IMG/VR virus record: IMGVR_UViG_3300045242_000006
Location: 1-64,000 of that record
Length of the DNA stretch: 64,000 nt
DNA from: a virus
Direction: 5' to 3' (one strand)
A program made the translations under genes and the position numbers. Below the pieces are notes generated by a model. The model saw only the letters and a list, made by a program, of their open reading frames with translations. It made no database searches and had not been told where the DNA came from. How positions within the stretch are numbered: the first letter of the stretch is position 1; each line of letters opens with the position of its first letter. Below are positions 18,584 to 28,485 of the stretch, piece by piece.

Positions 18584-19135
18584 TTATTTAACTCCAGACA
18601 TTACGTCGATAAAGTCGCCATCTTTGTATGAATCAAAAATCCTGTTAGCTTCATCAATGGCTTGTTTGTTGTTACCAAGGCAAACTTCCATTTCAGCCTT
18701 TCTTCTTTTTGTGAGTCCTGCATAAACCTTACCACCAGCTTTGTTATACTTCATCAAGTATTGACAAGCTTCAGTTGCATGGCCTTCGTTAAGCAGTTTT
18801 AGTGGTGTACCTCTTTGCCAAGTGCCTTCACCAACGTTGTACACGAATGAAGTGAATGCAGCTTCCTCTCCGATAGTTAGGGGTACATTCACATATTTCT
18901 TCATCTTTGTGTTGTAGTTGACAAGCTCAGCAGCGAGTTCATCAGTACACTGATCGTCAGTCTTTGGTTTAGTTCTGTCCACACTATTATTGTTTCCGTA
19001 ACACTGAGTCCAAACACCAACAACATCTTTATAAGCTGTATTCTCTTTACCCTCGAAAGGGGCAACCAATGTGCCCCCTGCAAGGATAAGAGAAGCTGAC
19101 AACCCTGTGGCTGCCAGTCTCTGTTTAATACTCAT
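18584..19135 (-). CDS. SAR-type endolysin (GH24 lysozyme)
   Basis: G/A-rich N-terminal anchor; FEG...YKDVVGVWT catalytic E-D-T pattern; GLTKRR. Confidence 0.9.
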   Translation of the reverse strand: MSIKQRLAATGLSASLILAGGTLVAPFEGKENTAYKDVVGVWTQCYGNNNSVDRTKPKTDDQCTDELAAELVNYNTKMKKYVNVPLTIGEEAAFTSFVYNVGEGTWQRGTPLKLLNEGHATEACQYLMKYNKAGGKVYAGLTKRRKAEMEVCLGNNKQAIDEANRIFDSYKDGDFIDVMSGVK

Positions 19136-19147
19136 TGTAGTCTCCTG

Positions 19148-20626
19148 TTAACCAGTATAGACGAAAGCCACCCATGTATACGCGTGCCATGGTCCAGTGT
19201 TGTAGTTGTTACTCACACGGAAAGAGCTGCTTGTCCATGCGTCTGTAAGGAGGCACGGTCCAACACCGTCAGTGTAAACACCCAACCCTGTGACTTGCAC
19301 AGACATAATGTAACCCGGAATGTGGATTCCTTGGATTACTGCCGAATCATCACCCAAAGCCGGACCTTGACCCCACTGAATAGTTAAACCACCCGGAAGT
19401 TTCTGGTAGCCACCACCCGGATTGATAACATTAGAGAAATCCAAGTCGCCCGGTACATTGTACACACTACGTGTGGACAGGTTTCCAAGGCCCAAGTTGT
19501 TGCGAGCGGTTTGTGTGTTAGGCAAATCGCCCAAGTTATTGACACGGACCAGCCATGTGTTGCTTGGATACAAGACAGAATCCTGTAGACCCAAGTTGGA
19601 ACGTGCGGCAGCAGGGTTCACTCCAGCAAGGTTATCACTCTTGAACATAACCAAAGCAGGGTTTGTTGTCGCAAGACTTGTCAGTCCTAGGTTGCTACGA
19701 GCCGTAGCTGTGTTACTAAGATCAGATAGGTTGTTAGCTCTTGACAGGAATGTTGTGGAAGGCAGTATAGCAGAGTCAGACAATCCAAGGTTGGAACGTG
19801 CGGCGGCTTTATCGGAAAGGTCCGATAGGTTGCTTGCTGTTTGTAGGAAAGCTCCAACGTTTTGAGTTGCAGCAGTACCCAATCCAAGGTTAGTACGGGC
19901 TGTTGCAGGGTTAGCCAATCCAGCAAGGTTTCCACTCTTCTTCAAGTAGACAGTGTTGGCTTTCAAAGGTGTGATTGCTGTTAGATCATCGACACCGCCC
20001 TCAGTTAAACCGTTTGTGGCGAGTTTGACAGTACCAAGAGCACTCTCTGTTGCTTGTGTTAGCAGGCTAGATACCTGACCAAGACGTACAGCATGTTCTG
20101 GTGCAGTAGCTACAGCCACGTTGAACACTTGAGCAGAGCTGCCATTCAAACCAGCAAAGCGAGTATCACTTTCAGATTTGGAGTAGACAGAGAGGTTTGC
20201 ACGTGCACCAGCAAGGTTTCCAATAGCGGAGAGGTTTTGATAGTTGTTAATGTGAACTGCAAGAGCATCACTTACAATCTGAACACTACCGAATGTTTCG
20301 AAGGCAACAGCCCAGTAGGCAGAGTTAAGAGAGTTAGATGGATCTTTGTTTGTATTGGTTGCAATACATTTGTAGATGATTCCGTTAGAACCTTGAGTGT
20401 AGCTCAGCAATCCTTGGTATTCAGTCGCACTATCCCATTCAGGAACACCATGCTGACTGAAGTGAGCAATAGCTTGATCCTGACGGTTGTCAACCCAGTT
20501 TTGATATTCATAGGGAGGAAGTTGTACAACCCAACCAATGTTATATTTAGATGTACCCGGATCAATCTTTGTACCACCAGCAGCCCAGATTGCACTGAGG
20601 TTGGATGGTTTTGTAATATTAGGCAT
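19148..20626 (-). CDS. tail fibre protein with ~33-aa repeats
   Basis: N-terminal domain shared with the 815-aa fibre; NL..L...AR.NLGL repeats; GYQKLPGGLTIQWG C-domain. Confidence 0.85.
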   Translation of the reverse strand: MPNITKPSNLSAIWAAGGTKIDPGTSKYNIGWVVQLPPYEYQNWVDNRQDQAIAHFSQHGVPEWDSATEYQGLLSYTQGSNGIIYKCIATNTNKDPSNSLNSAYWAVAFETFGSVQIVSDALAVHINNYQNLSAIGNLAGARANLSVYSKSESDTRFAGLNGSSAQVFNVAVATAPEHAVRLGQVSSLLTQATESALGTVKLATNGLTEGGVDDLTAITPLKANTVYLKKSGNLAGLANPATARTNLGLGTAATQNVGAFLQTASNLSDLSDKAAARSNLGLSDSAILPSTTFLSRANNLSDLSNTATARSNLGLTSLATTNPALVMFKSDNLAGVNPAAARSNLGLQDSVLYPSNTWLVRVNNLGDLPNTQTARNNLGLGNLSTRSVYNVPGDLDFSNVINPGGGYQKLPGGLTIQWGQGPALGDDSAVIQGIHIPGYIMSVQVTGLGVYTDGVGPCLLTDAWTSSSFRVSNNYNTGPWHAYTWVAFVYTG

Positions 20627-20664
20627 GTTATTCCTCTTGGGGTTAAGGGCTTTGTAAGCCCTTA

Positions 20665-23112
20665 TTATAGTTCAGCAGAAAATGTAGCAGAGCCGGTAAC
20701 AACCACAGTACCTGTTGCAGTAGCGGTCCCTGCACAGTTGAACATTTGGTTGTCTGGAGCCGTCACGCCAGCGCCAGTAACGTTTGTAACTGTACCGGGA
20801 GTAAACGCTACAGTAGGTGTAGCACGCATAGGCACAGCGTGAGAGACATAAGTACCAAACCCATTGCCACCTGTTTGGTATGCAATCCAACCTACTGTCT
20901 TGTTCTGGTAGTACCGTTGACACAGGAGGGCTTCATGAGCCATCGAGCGGTGTTCGAATGGAGTTGCTGCTGTTCCAACTTCAAGTTGCAAATCACCTAC
21001 AGAAATAGTAGCTCCTGACTGTAGTGCCCAGAATGCTGTAGGAGTTGCACAAATATAGCTTGAGTTCTGCCAAGTGTTGAGTGTCGAAGTAGCGTATGTT
21101 CCGTTGTTTTGTGCTCCGATCCAAATGCCCAGCCCAGATGCACTACTATTCGGAATAGAGGCTCCAGTCGGGATTGCTGGAAGGTTCACAATAACTCTCT
21201 GGACTACGTTTGCGGTCGCAGTGAATGTTGTAATATACGAATATGCCGCTGAGCTATCACGAACTGCTACGCTGTAAGTACCACTAAAACTAGCTTTGAA
21301 CAGGAATGAAAGAGTGACGGCTTGACCAATTAGATCGTAACTATTAGATCCTTCGATATACTGGACAACCCCAGTCCAAAGCTTAGTCCCAGTGAGGTCT
21401 GTTGCAACAGAGTTAACAGTTTGTGTAACACAGTTTTTTGTTACAGATCCGTCTACCAATGTTCCCGACGATTGTGTGAACTGTCCACCAGCGGCTGTAT
21501 TAGCTGCATAAAATCTATCCGGACCGCCGTAACCAAATGTGTTGTTTGACGCAACAAATGATGCCCCTCGCTGAGAAAGTCGGCAATCACCATTAATGAT
21601 GCGGTTCTTAGAACCAAGCATAGAGCTGGCAATCTGGTTAGATACATAAGCTGTGCTAGCAATTTTAGTCGAGTTATCACTTACAGACTGTGTCGGAGCT
21701 GTAGGAGAGCCTGTGAGAGCTGGGCTGGCACTTAGCACAGTAGATCCAGTACCTGTAGATGTAGTTACACCTGTACCACCCTGAGCCACGCTTACAACAG
21801 ACAAAGGCTGTCCGCTATATCGACTGTAACTCAAGCAACGCCAGTTACCACCACCAAGCGACACAAACTCAGCAGTGTCATTAGCGGCTGTGACGATGTT
21901 AGTGGCATTAGGTAGAGCAAGTGCAGCACTGTTGGTAAGTGTCAACGCACCGCTGAATACCATTCGGCGTCTAATACCATCTGCTACAGTGTCAAATGCT
22001 GTGATGGTTGTTGTACCTGTAATAGTCAATGTGTTGGCCGCAGCTGCCCCAATGTTAACTGTCGCAGCAGAGGCTAGTGAAACTCTAGGAGCCTCGTTGA
22101 TCGCACCGCCTACATTCAACTGACCGGGTAGTGTAGTGATACCGGAGTTGGAACGAATTGCAGAATCCCAAGCTGACCAGACACTAGCATTCAATACACG
22201 GATGTATGTGGCACCAGAGGCTACCTGAGTAAAGTACTGGGTGCAATAGGAAGAGTTAATACCTGCAACCCTCAGCCAACCTTCAACTCCTGCTGGGCTG
22301 TTGACTAACGAACCACTGCAATAGTATTCACCGGAGTTGATCAATGTATTCAAGTCAGTGTTTGGTAGTAAAACTGGACTACCTACACCAAAATCACCAA
22401 CCTTCAGCAGGCGACCAGCAGTTGTATCTGTGTTAGAAGTTGTGACGTTGGAAAGGGCGGCAGTTCCAAGCCCAAGAGTTGTACGCATTGCTGCGGCATC
22501 AGATCCACTGAGCAATGTACGAGCAAAACCAGTAAAGGTTGTAACACCCATATTACCGCTACCAGTGAAGTATGGTAGGTTGTTGGAATCACCAGCAACG
22601 CCAGACAAGCCAGTGAGGTTGGCATGTGCCGCTTGAGCCGAAATCAATGTACGAGCAGCAGCTGCATCAGCAACGTTACCAATCTGACGCCCAAACGAAC
22701 TGGAGGCAGCGTTCTGAGCAACACCAGACCCATCAATATAATGTTGAGTGTTGGGGGTCACTGCAAGGGATTTGATTGCTTCTAGGAATGGTGTGGAGTC
22801 AACGAAAGCTTTAACCCAAGCAGTTAGGGCAATCGGATCAGAGTTTGTGCTTGTAGCAGTCGCACGGTATACAACTCCGTTACGCTGTACATAAGACTTG
22901 TTAATAATATATTGTGTGGTACTATCCCATTCTGGGAAACCTTTTTGAAGCATGTATGCAATGTTGTTATCTTGACGGTTTTCAAACCAGTTCCACCATT
23001 GACGAGGAACAACTTCAACACCCCAACCAGCACGCACTTTAGAGGAGTCTGGGGCAACCACGTCACCAGCAACGGCCCAAATGTCCGTCATGTCATACTT
23101 AATAAGATCCAT
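20665..23112 (-). CDS. long tail fibre protein
   Basis: Follows baseplate genes; fibre motifs ARTLL...LGLG, pyocin-knob-like DLNTL..SGEY, KNRIINGD and LCQRYY. Confidence 0.88.
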   Translation of the reverse strand: MDLIKYDMTDIWAVAGDVVAPDSSKVRAGWGVEVVPRQWWNWFENRQDNNIAYMLQKGFPEWDSTTQYIINKSYVQRNGVVYRATATSTNSDPIALTAWVKAFVDSTPFLEAIKSLAVTPNTQHYIDGSGVAQNAASSSFGRQIGNVADAAAARTLISAQAAHANLTGLSGVAGDSNNLPYFTGSGNMGVTTFTGFARTLLSGSDAAAMRTTLGLGTAALSNVTTSNTDTTAGRLLKVGDFGVGSPVLLPNTDLNTLINSGEYYCSGSLVNSPAGVEGWLRVAGINSSYCTQYFTQVASGATYIRVLNASVWSAWDSAIRSNSGITTLPGQLNVGGAINEAPRVSLASAATVNIGAAAANTLTITGTTTITAFDTVADGIRRRMVFSGALTLTNSAALALPNATNIVTAANDTAEFVSLGGGNWRCLSYSRYSGQPLSVVSVAQGGTGVTTSTGTGSTVLSASPALTGSPTAPTQSVSDNSTKIASTAYVSNQIASSMLGSKNRIINGDCRLSQRGASFVASNNTFGYGGPDRFYAANTAAGGQFTQSSGTLVDGSVTKNCVTQTVNSVATDLTGTKLWTGVVQYIEGSNSYDLIGQAVTLSFLFKASFSGTYSVAVRDSSAAYSYITTFTATANVVQRVIVNLPAIPTGASIPNSSASGLGIWIGAQNNGTYATSTLNTWQNSSYICATPTAFWALQSGATISVGDLQLEVGTAATPFEHRSMAHEALLCQRYYQNKTVGWIAYQTGGNGFGTYVSHAVPMRATPTVAFTPGTVTNVTGAGVTAPDNQMFNCAGTATATGTVVVTGSATFSAEL

Positions 23113-23122
23113 GTTTGTTCCT

Positions 23123-23857
23123 TTATGTAATTAGATTGGATAGGAATCCACCGACAGATGGATCATTCAGATCACCAGTACCGAGGCCACCGGGAAATCC
23201 ATCTGTAGCAAATACCCTTCCAGCTTGGAATTCAGAGTAAAGGTAAGATACTCCAGCAGGTTTAGGGAGCAACTGACCAGCACCACCAAGATCGAATAGC
23301 AAACCACGCTCTACGTTATTTAGGATCTTACCGATCCCAATCCTCACTTGAGCAGGGCTAGTTTCTTCAATGGTGACTTGAGATGCACCGAACAAAAACT
23401 TGTAAGCGGAGATTACATCTTCTGGTCTTGCGAGTGTTCTGTTCTTGATGATCTTCGCTTTGAGGATCAATCTGTACTCATCATCAGATGGTGCACGACT
23501 GATTCCAGTTGGTGCATCCAAGCTGTACCACTGTCCACCAACTGTAGGGTCAGTTGTGGAAGAGAATGACTGACCTAGTGGTGCAGTGTCAAATCCGAAG
23601 TAATAGAAGATATCAGAAGTTACAAGACCACGTGCACGGCCTACAATCTCACCAATGGTATCAAGTTGTGCACCTGTCGCCGTATCAAGAGAGCGAAGCT
23701 GCATTGTATCTTTAATGACGTTTTGCAGTTCAACTTTACCAGAAAGAAGAAGCTGTAAATATTTATCAAAGATTGGTTTGTTCTTGAATTGTTCAGTGAC
23801 ACGCGAACGTGCCACATCAAGGAACTCATCAACAACAAATGGATTGATTTCAGACAC
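23123..23857 (-). CDS. baseplate wedge protein (DUF2612-like)
   Basis: LDTATGAQLDTIGEIVG, DDEYRLILKAKI and PKPAGV. Confidence 0.8.
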   Translation of the reverse strand: MSEINPFVVDEFLDVARSRVTEQFKNKPIFDKYLQLLLSGKVELQNVIKDTMQLRSLDTATGAQLDTIGEIVGRARGLVTSDIFYYFGFDTAPLGQSFSSTTDPTVGGQWYSLDAPTGISRAPSDDEYRLILKAKIIKNRTLARPEDVISAYKFLFGASQVTIEETSPAQVRIGIGKILNNVERGLLFDLGGAGQLLPKPAGVSYLYSEFQAGRVFATDGFPGGLGTGDLNDPSVGGFLSNLIT

Positions 23858-23868
23858 GTCGCCTCCGG

Positions 23869-25326
23869 TTAAACAATAGTTACTGTAATATGGTCAGCAG
23901 AAATGGTAGCAACATGATCGAATGCAACAACAATGTTGGATGTTCCTGTTGGGCTTGGTGCAGTGCCAATTGTCAGAGAGTTAACTGTAAACCCCGCAAC
24001 GCTGTTAATTGGAGTATACAAACGAGAGTAGATCACGTCAGTACCAATGAAGAGGTTTGAGTCAGAGTAGTTAACAAGGTTCTGTTTAATCTGTGAGTCA
24101 GCGTCACCCGGCATGTTACCAAGGTTGCTAATGGTCATCGTGATATAAACAGGCACTTCAACGGGCTGCATATAAGAAATGTTATGCAGGAAGCCTTGGC
24201 TGTCTGCAATTTGAACTGTTGTGTTGCCGACAGATGGAATACCTGTAGGTTTATTCTCCCAAATAGCTTGAGCAATGTCAGATGGCAAGCCACCTAGAAC
24301 AAGAGGCTTAAAACTATGAGCTGGAACACCGTTGGCATCAGTGGTCGCTGTGTCGTTTTCGTAGATGATTGCATCTACAACCCCACTCACGTTCTTTAGG
24401 GCATCAAGGATACCTTCGACGATGTTCTGAGATTGGAAGAATTTGCTGTTACGGAAACGTTCACGAAGCTCTTCGTCTGTCTCTGTCAGACGTCCTGTAG
24501 TCGCAGCCACAGGGTTAATAACAGAATCCCATCCAGAGATAGGTACGGAGATTGTGTCAATCGACAAAGCTTCTTGTGGGAAGATACCAACTGTATCATC
24601 AGTGGCAATGCCAAGCTTTCTTACTTTCTGAACTGAAACGTTTACGCTTGTGGAGAAGTCAGCAACTTGGAAAGGATCAGTCCTTGTAATGTATAGTCTA
24701 CCACCACTTTGGTAAGTTGTAAAGGTGCTGGAGAACAAAAGTTCAACTCTAGCCTGCAAACCGTCAAGAATCACCTGAGCTGTTGTGCCAGAGCTTGGCG
24801 ATGTGTAGATAGCATCCAGAAAGTTAACACCATCAGTCGAATAACTGAACCTATAGTCTGTGCTATTTGATACGGTTGTAGGATAAACACCAACACCTGA
24901 CGCAGAGAGAAGATTCATTGTAACTGGGTTGAGAATACTGAAAACACGTTGTGTGCTTGAACTGTAGGCTTTACCTTGTGGAGAACTGATGATGATGTTT
25001 AAGTCACCTTCTAGAATCACCTGTGCACGTGTAGCCTGTGCTGTGAGGCGTGTGATACCGCTTAAGGCGATGATGTTGTCTAGGGCCACACCGATAGCAG
25101 TTGTAGGGTTAAAGCTGTCCCACACCTGTTGCAGGGCTTCCCAGACGCTGGCTTCAGCAGGGGCGATAACACCAATCAAACGACCAAGGGTGGAGACTCC
25201 AGTAACGTCTACAACGTCACCGGCAGGAACTTGATCAGAGAAGATGGATGCGGCAGTTGTTTTGTAGTCTGTCAGAACGTCATCCAACGTTTTGATTTCA
25301 AGACCTTGGCGAGAAAGACCAGCCAT
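23869..25326 (-). CDS. baseplate J-like protein
   Basis: GVALDNI and ETDEELRER motifs; gene position. Confidence 0.85.
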   Translation of the reverse strand: MAGLSRQGLEIKTLDDVLTDYKTTAASIFSDQVPAGDVVDVTGVSTLGRLIGVIAPAEASVWEALQQVWDSFNPTTAIGVALDNIIALSGITRLTAQATRAQVILEGDLNIIISSPQGKAYSSSTQRVFSILNPVTMNLLSASGVGVYPTTVSNSTDYRFSYSTDGVNFLDAIYTSPSSGTTAQVILDGLQARVELLFSSTFTTYQSGGRLYITRTDPFQVADFSTSVNVSVQKVRKLGIATDDTVGIFPQEALSIDTISVPISGWDSVINPVAATTGRLTETDEELRERFRNSKFFQSQNIVEGILDALKNVSGVVDAIIYENDTATTDANGVPAHSFKPLVLGGLPSDIAQAIWENKPTGIPSVGNTTVQIADSQGFLHNISYMQPVEVPVYITMTISNLGNMPGDADSQIKQNLVNYSDSNLFIGTDVIYSRLYTPINSVAGFTVNSLTIGTAPSPTGTSNIVVAFDHVATISADHITVTIV

Positions 25327-25329
25327 TGT

Positions 25330-25695
25330 TTAACCTCCGATAGTAAGTGTAATTGGTAGAGATGTTGTATTGTCAGCAACCCTAACTTGGAAGATCATTG
25401 TATAACCACGTTGTGGGGACACTTCAGAAGAGAAGGTTAGGATTTCAATAACACCCGGATCAGCTGCGATCAAACCTTGAAAGATCAAGTCAATAGTAGA
25501 CTTCCTTTGAACCTTGGTGAAAATCTGCTGGATGTATGGAACTCCGATGGTATTGTCCAGAAACCACTCACCATAGAAAGTGTACAATGTGATTCGTAGT
25601 CGTTGAGCAACGATATCAGCCATAAGCTGTGTTACAGGAGAAGCCCCGTTTTTGAAAACGAGGTCGCCTGTTAGAGTATCAAGTAGTAAGTCCAT
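25330..25695 (-). CDS. baseplate/sheath initiator (gp25-like)
   Basis: MDLLLD...GDL and GEWFLDNTIGVPY. Confidence 0.75.
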   Translation of the reverse strand: MDLLLDTLTGDLVFKNGASPVTQLMADIVAQRLRITLYTFYGEWFLDNTIGVPYIQQIFTKVQRKSTIDLIFQGLIAADPGVIEILTFSSEVSPQRGYTMIFQVRVADNTTSLPITLTIGG

Positions 25696-25703
25696 AATAT
25701 TCC

Positions 25704-26465
25704 TTATGCTGTAGCCACACCAGAAGTACCAGACCCCGGAGTAACACCAAGATGTTTGTGAGTTGCAAACGGGATACCATTGAATGTAGATGTACCAGTC
25801 TGTGTGTAGTTGCCAGTGTGTGTGATATTGCCAGCCCATGTTGTGGCTGTAGCATTGATATTTAGTTGTGGCGTAGTGATTGTGTAAGACTCAGTTGCAT
25901 TCATTACACCAGTTTTACAATTAACAGTGACGGCTTGTTCAGTGTTGATAATCAAGTCACCAGACTGTTTCAACAGGATGTTAACTTCAGTTCCAGACGC
26001 AATATTATGTGCAATACACAAATCTCTATTGGAGTCGTGTGGGTACTTACGAAGCTGTGGACTGTTCAAGCTCTTTCCGAATGGGAATAAACCGGGGATG
26101 GCAACAGCATCTTGGTCAGAAAACTTTCTGTAGTCGTTGGCTGTTGTTGGCTCTCCATTACCAATCTTGAAGTTATCCATAGACCGTTGAGAGAACATCA
26201 CCCAAACTGTATCACCCGGATTAACTGGGAAGCTAATTAAGGTGGACTGACTACCCGGAAAGATAATGGGCACACCAAGAATCTGCATACCATCTTCTCC
26301 GCTACCGTCTTTCAATAGGTTGTTCACAGAAGGAACAACATCCACTTTCTGTTGTTCATTGTTGCCGTACACATTGACAATCTTACAAGGAATCGCCGTA
26401 TGTACTTGTGACATATCAATCTGAAACTGTGTTCTGATGATATCCATAAAATCTTCAAAAATCAT
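25704..26465 (-). CDS. baseplate central spike
   Basis: OB-fold-type N-terminus, beta-repeat region and C-terminal HKH metal motif. Confidence 0.85.
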   Translation of the reverse strand: MIFEDFMDIIRTQFQIDMSQVHTAIPCKIVNVYGNNEQQKVDVVPSVNNLLKDGSGEDGMQILGVPIIFPGSQSTLISFPVNPGDTVWVMFSQRSMDNFKIGNGEPTTANDYRKFSDQDAVAIPGLFPFGKSLNSPQLRKYPHDSNRDLCIAHNIASGTEVNILLKQSGDLIINTEQAVTVNCKTGVMNATESYTITTPQLNINATATTWAGNITHTGNYTQTGTSTFNGIPFATHKHLGVTPGSGTSGVATA

Positions 26466-27385
26466 ACCAAGTCCTCCGCTTGAACTTCAGAACAGAAGCA
26501 CTCTACATACCACTCGTTGCCACGGAAGTCTCCAGAGAAACGAGCAGTGTTCACACGAAAATAACCATTAATCCATTTAGACTCAAGCTTCACAACTTTA
26601 CCGGGAACAATATCTGTATTCAGAAGTGCTTTAAACTGTACTCCACGGCGACGCTTCTTATCCTTCTTAGGTTTACGACCTGTCTCAGATGTATAGAATG
26701 GAAGATCAATCAACCCGGTGCTGGCATTCAATACTGGAGCTAGGGTTACGTCCTTCGACAACAACCCGTTCTCAGCAGAGACATTCAAAACGCCAGAGTT
26801 GATGTTGTACTCTAGATTCTGGGCTTCACAAAGCTTCATAAGCATCTCACGTGGGCTACCCTTCAATCTCCAACCAAAGACGATTGGGTTGTTGAGGTTT
26901 GTCCCTGTGTAAGCACCACGAGCAACACCCGGCATCTGTTGTCTGATTTCTTCCAACACATCAGCAACAGTTTTACCCGGACTCACCATCTTAGCAAGTT
27001 GTTGGTGATTGAGGTCTGTGTACCCTTCTCCAATCTTCAACTGTGTGACATAATCATTACCACTTTTCACTGTAGAAGTTTCTGTGACGTTACCAACTAC
27101 AAGAGTGTGTGCACCGGAACTCTTATACCCAACAGAGAAGTTCACCTCAAGATAATCACTCTCAAGCATTTTGATTTCGGAGTCGGATAGGTTGTAAATT
27201 TCAATTACGGCAGAGTTGCCATTATTACGTTTGTTGTCTGCTGCCTTGGAGACATCGAATTTAATCTGCCAAGGATTGCTAACCAACATTCCATCAGCAT
27301 CCACGCGAGGATTCTCAATCAGCAAACCATTACCTGTCTTATAATCTCCGACAGTTAGAGAAAAGACCCTATCCTTCTGTGCCAT
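26462..27385 (-). CDS. baseplate hub protein
   Basis: IEIYNLS and TGLID.P motifs; position upstream of the spike. Confidence 0.75.
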   Translation of the reverse strand: MAQKDRVFSLTVGDYKTGNGLLIENPRVDADGMLVSNPWQIKFDVSKAADNKRNNGNSAVIEIYNLSDSEIKMLESDYLEVNFSVGYKSSGAHTLVVGNVTETSTVKSGNDYVTQLKIGEGYTDLNHQQLAKMVSPGKTVADVLEEIRQQMPGVARGAYTGTNLNNPIVFGWRLKGSPREMLMKLCEAQNLEYNINSGVLNVSAENGLLSKDVTLAPVLNASTGLIDLPFYTSETGRKPKKDKKRRRGVQFKALLNTDIVPGKVVKLESKWINGYFRVNTARFSGDFRGNEWYVECFCSEVQAEDLV

Positions 27386-27388
27386 AAG

Positions 27389-27727
27389 TTACTCCTGATC
27401 GTATATATAAAAGAGGGAGAAGAACTCCGGCATGATCGAAGACTCTTCAGTGATTTTGTTAGAGATGGTTGAGTTGATTGGAAGCAACACGAAGTAGCCT
27501 GTAAGGCCAGCATCTTCTAAGTTGTAATCCAACACCATCGGATATTGTGGTACAAGAGCATACCCCAACAAAACTGGAGTCTGATCTTCTTTCCTCAAAT
27601 CCATATGCCATTGTGCACATCTAGTATTCCAATAAAATGTAAACTGCCAAGACTGACCCTCTAGAGCCATCCCATAGCGATACTTCAAATCAGAGTACAG
27701 AGGCATTTCGATATAAGCTACAGTCAT
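27389..27727 (-). CDS. virion/baseplate protein
   Basis: WNTR...WHMDL motif; synteny. Confidence 0.65.
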   Translation of the reverse strand: MTVAYIEMPLYSDLKYRYGMALEGQSWQFTFYWNTRCAQWHMDLRKEDQTPVLLGYALVPQYPMVLDYNLEDAGLTGYFVLLPINSTISNKITEESSIMPEFFSLFYIYDQE

Positions 27728-27729
27728 TA

Positions 27730-28485
27730 TTAATTACCTCCGGGGATCAAACCTTTACCAACATCTGCTGCGCTTTTGTTAGACAGATGCTTTGGCTGGT
27801 TTGGTGTATTAGGTGGGATGACTTCTGGCTTTACCACCTTACCAGTCTTACGCCCTTTGTTAGATGTTTTGATCTTAACCCTTACTTCCTGCAAGTCAGT
27901 GAACTCCACTTGCTCAATTGTCATGTTAGGGAACACACCTTCACCAGTTGTCTCATCTTCTTTGAATGAAAGATGGGTAAAGACGCAAGGACTGAACTGA
28001 TCAATAACAAAGTTGTCAACGATGTCCAGCACTTGGAATTCTTCACGTGTCTTCCACATACTCACCAACTCACGTTTTACAGCCAAGGCAGTTTTAGCTT
28101 TCTCTTGTGGAGTGACATAAACATTTGGGATTGTATCCTTCGTGAACTGTGCTACAACTTCTGGAAGGATTTTATTGATAGTGGTGTTCTGGTGGATAGT
28201 GACAGGATAGACCGTTTGTGTATTGTTTGTATATTGTTTATTCTTTGAAATATCACTACCATCAGCAGCTCTAACTTCGATCAATTGTCGGGTAACGTTA
28301 AAGTCAGCGTCAGAGAAGATTCCATTGATTTGTAGTACGACGTTATCAGTAGTTGTGTGGTCAGAAACAAACCCGCCAGTAGCGACGGGATGTTTCGTAA
28401 CGCTTGCCGTATACTTGGTGTCATAACCAGTAATGGCGTCAAACCAGATAATGTCTCCGTTAGCTCTACGAAGAACGATAGCCAT
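27730..28485 (-). CDS. tail tube initiator/Dit-like protein
   Basis: VTKHPVATGGFVSDH motif; follows the tape measure gene. Confidence 0.7.
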   Translation of the reverse strand: MAIVLRRANGDIIWFDAITGYDTKYTASVTKHPVATGGFVSDHTTTDNVVLQINGIFSDADFNVTRQLIEVRAADGSDISKNKQYTNNTQTVYPVTIHQNTTINKILPEVVAQFTKDTIPNVYVTPQEKAKTALAVKRELVSMWKTREEFQVLDIVDNFVIDQFSPCVFTHLSFKEDETTGEGVFPNMTIEQVEFTDLQEVRVKIKTSNKGRKTGKVVKPEVIPPNTPNQPKHLSNKSAADVGKGLIPGGN

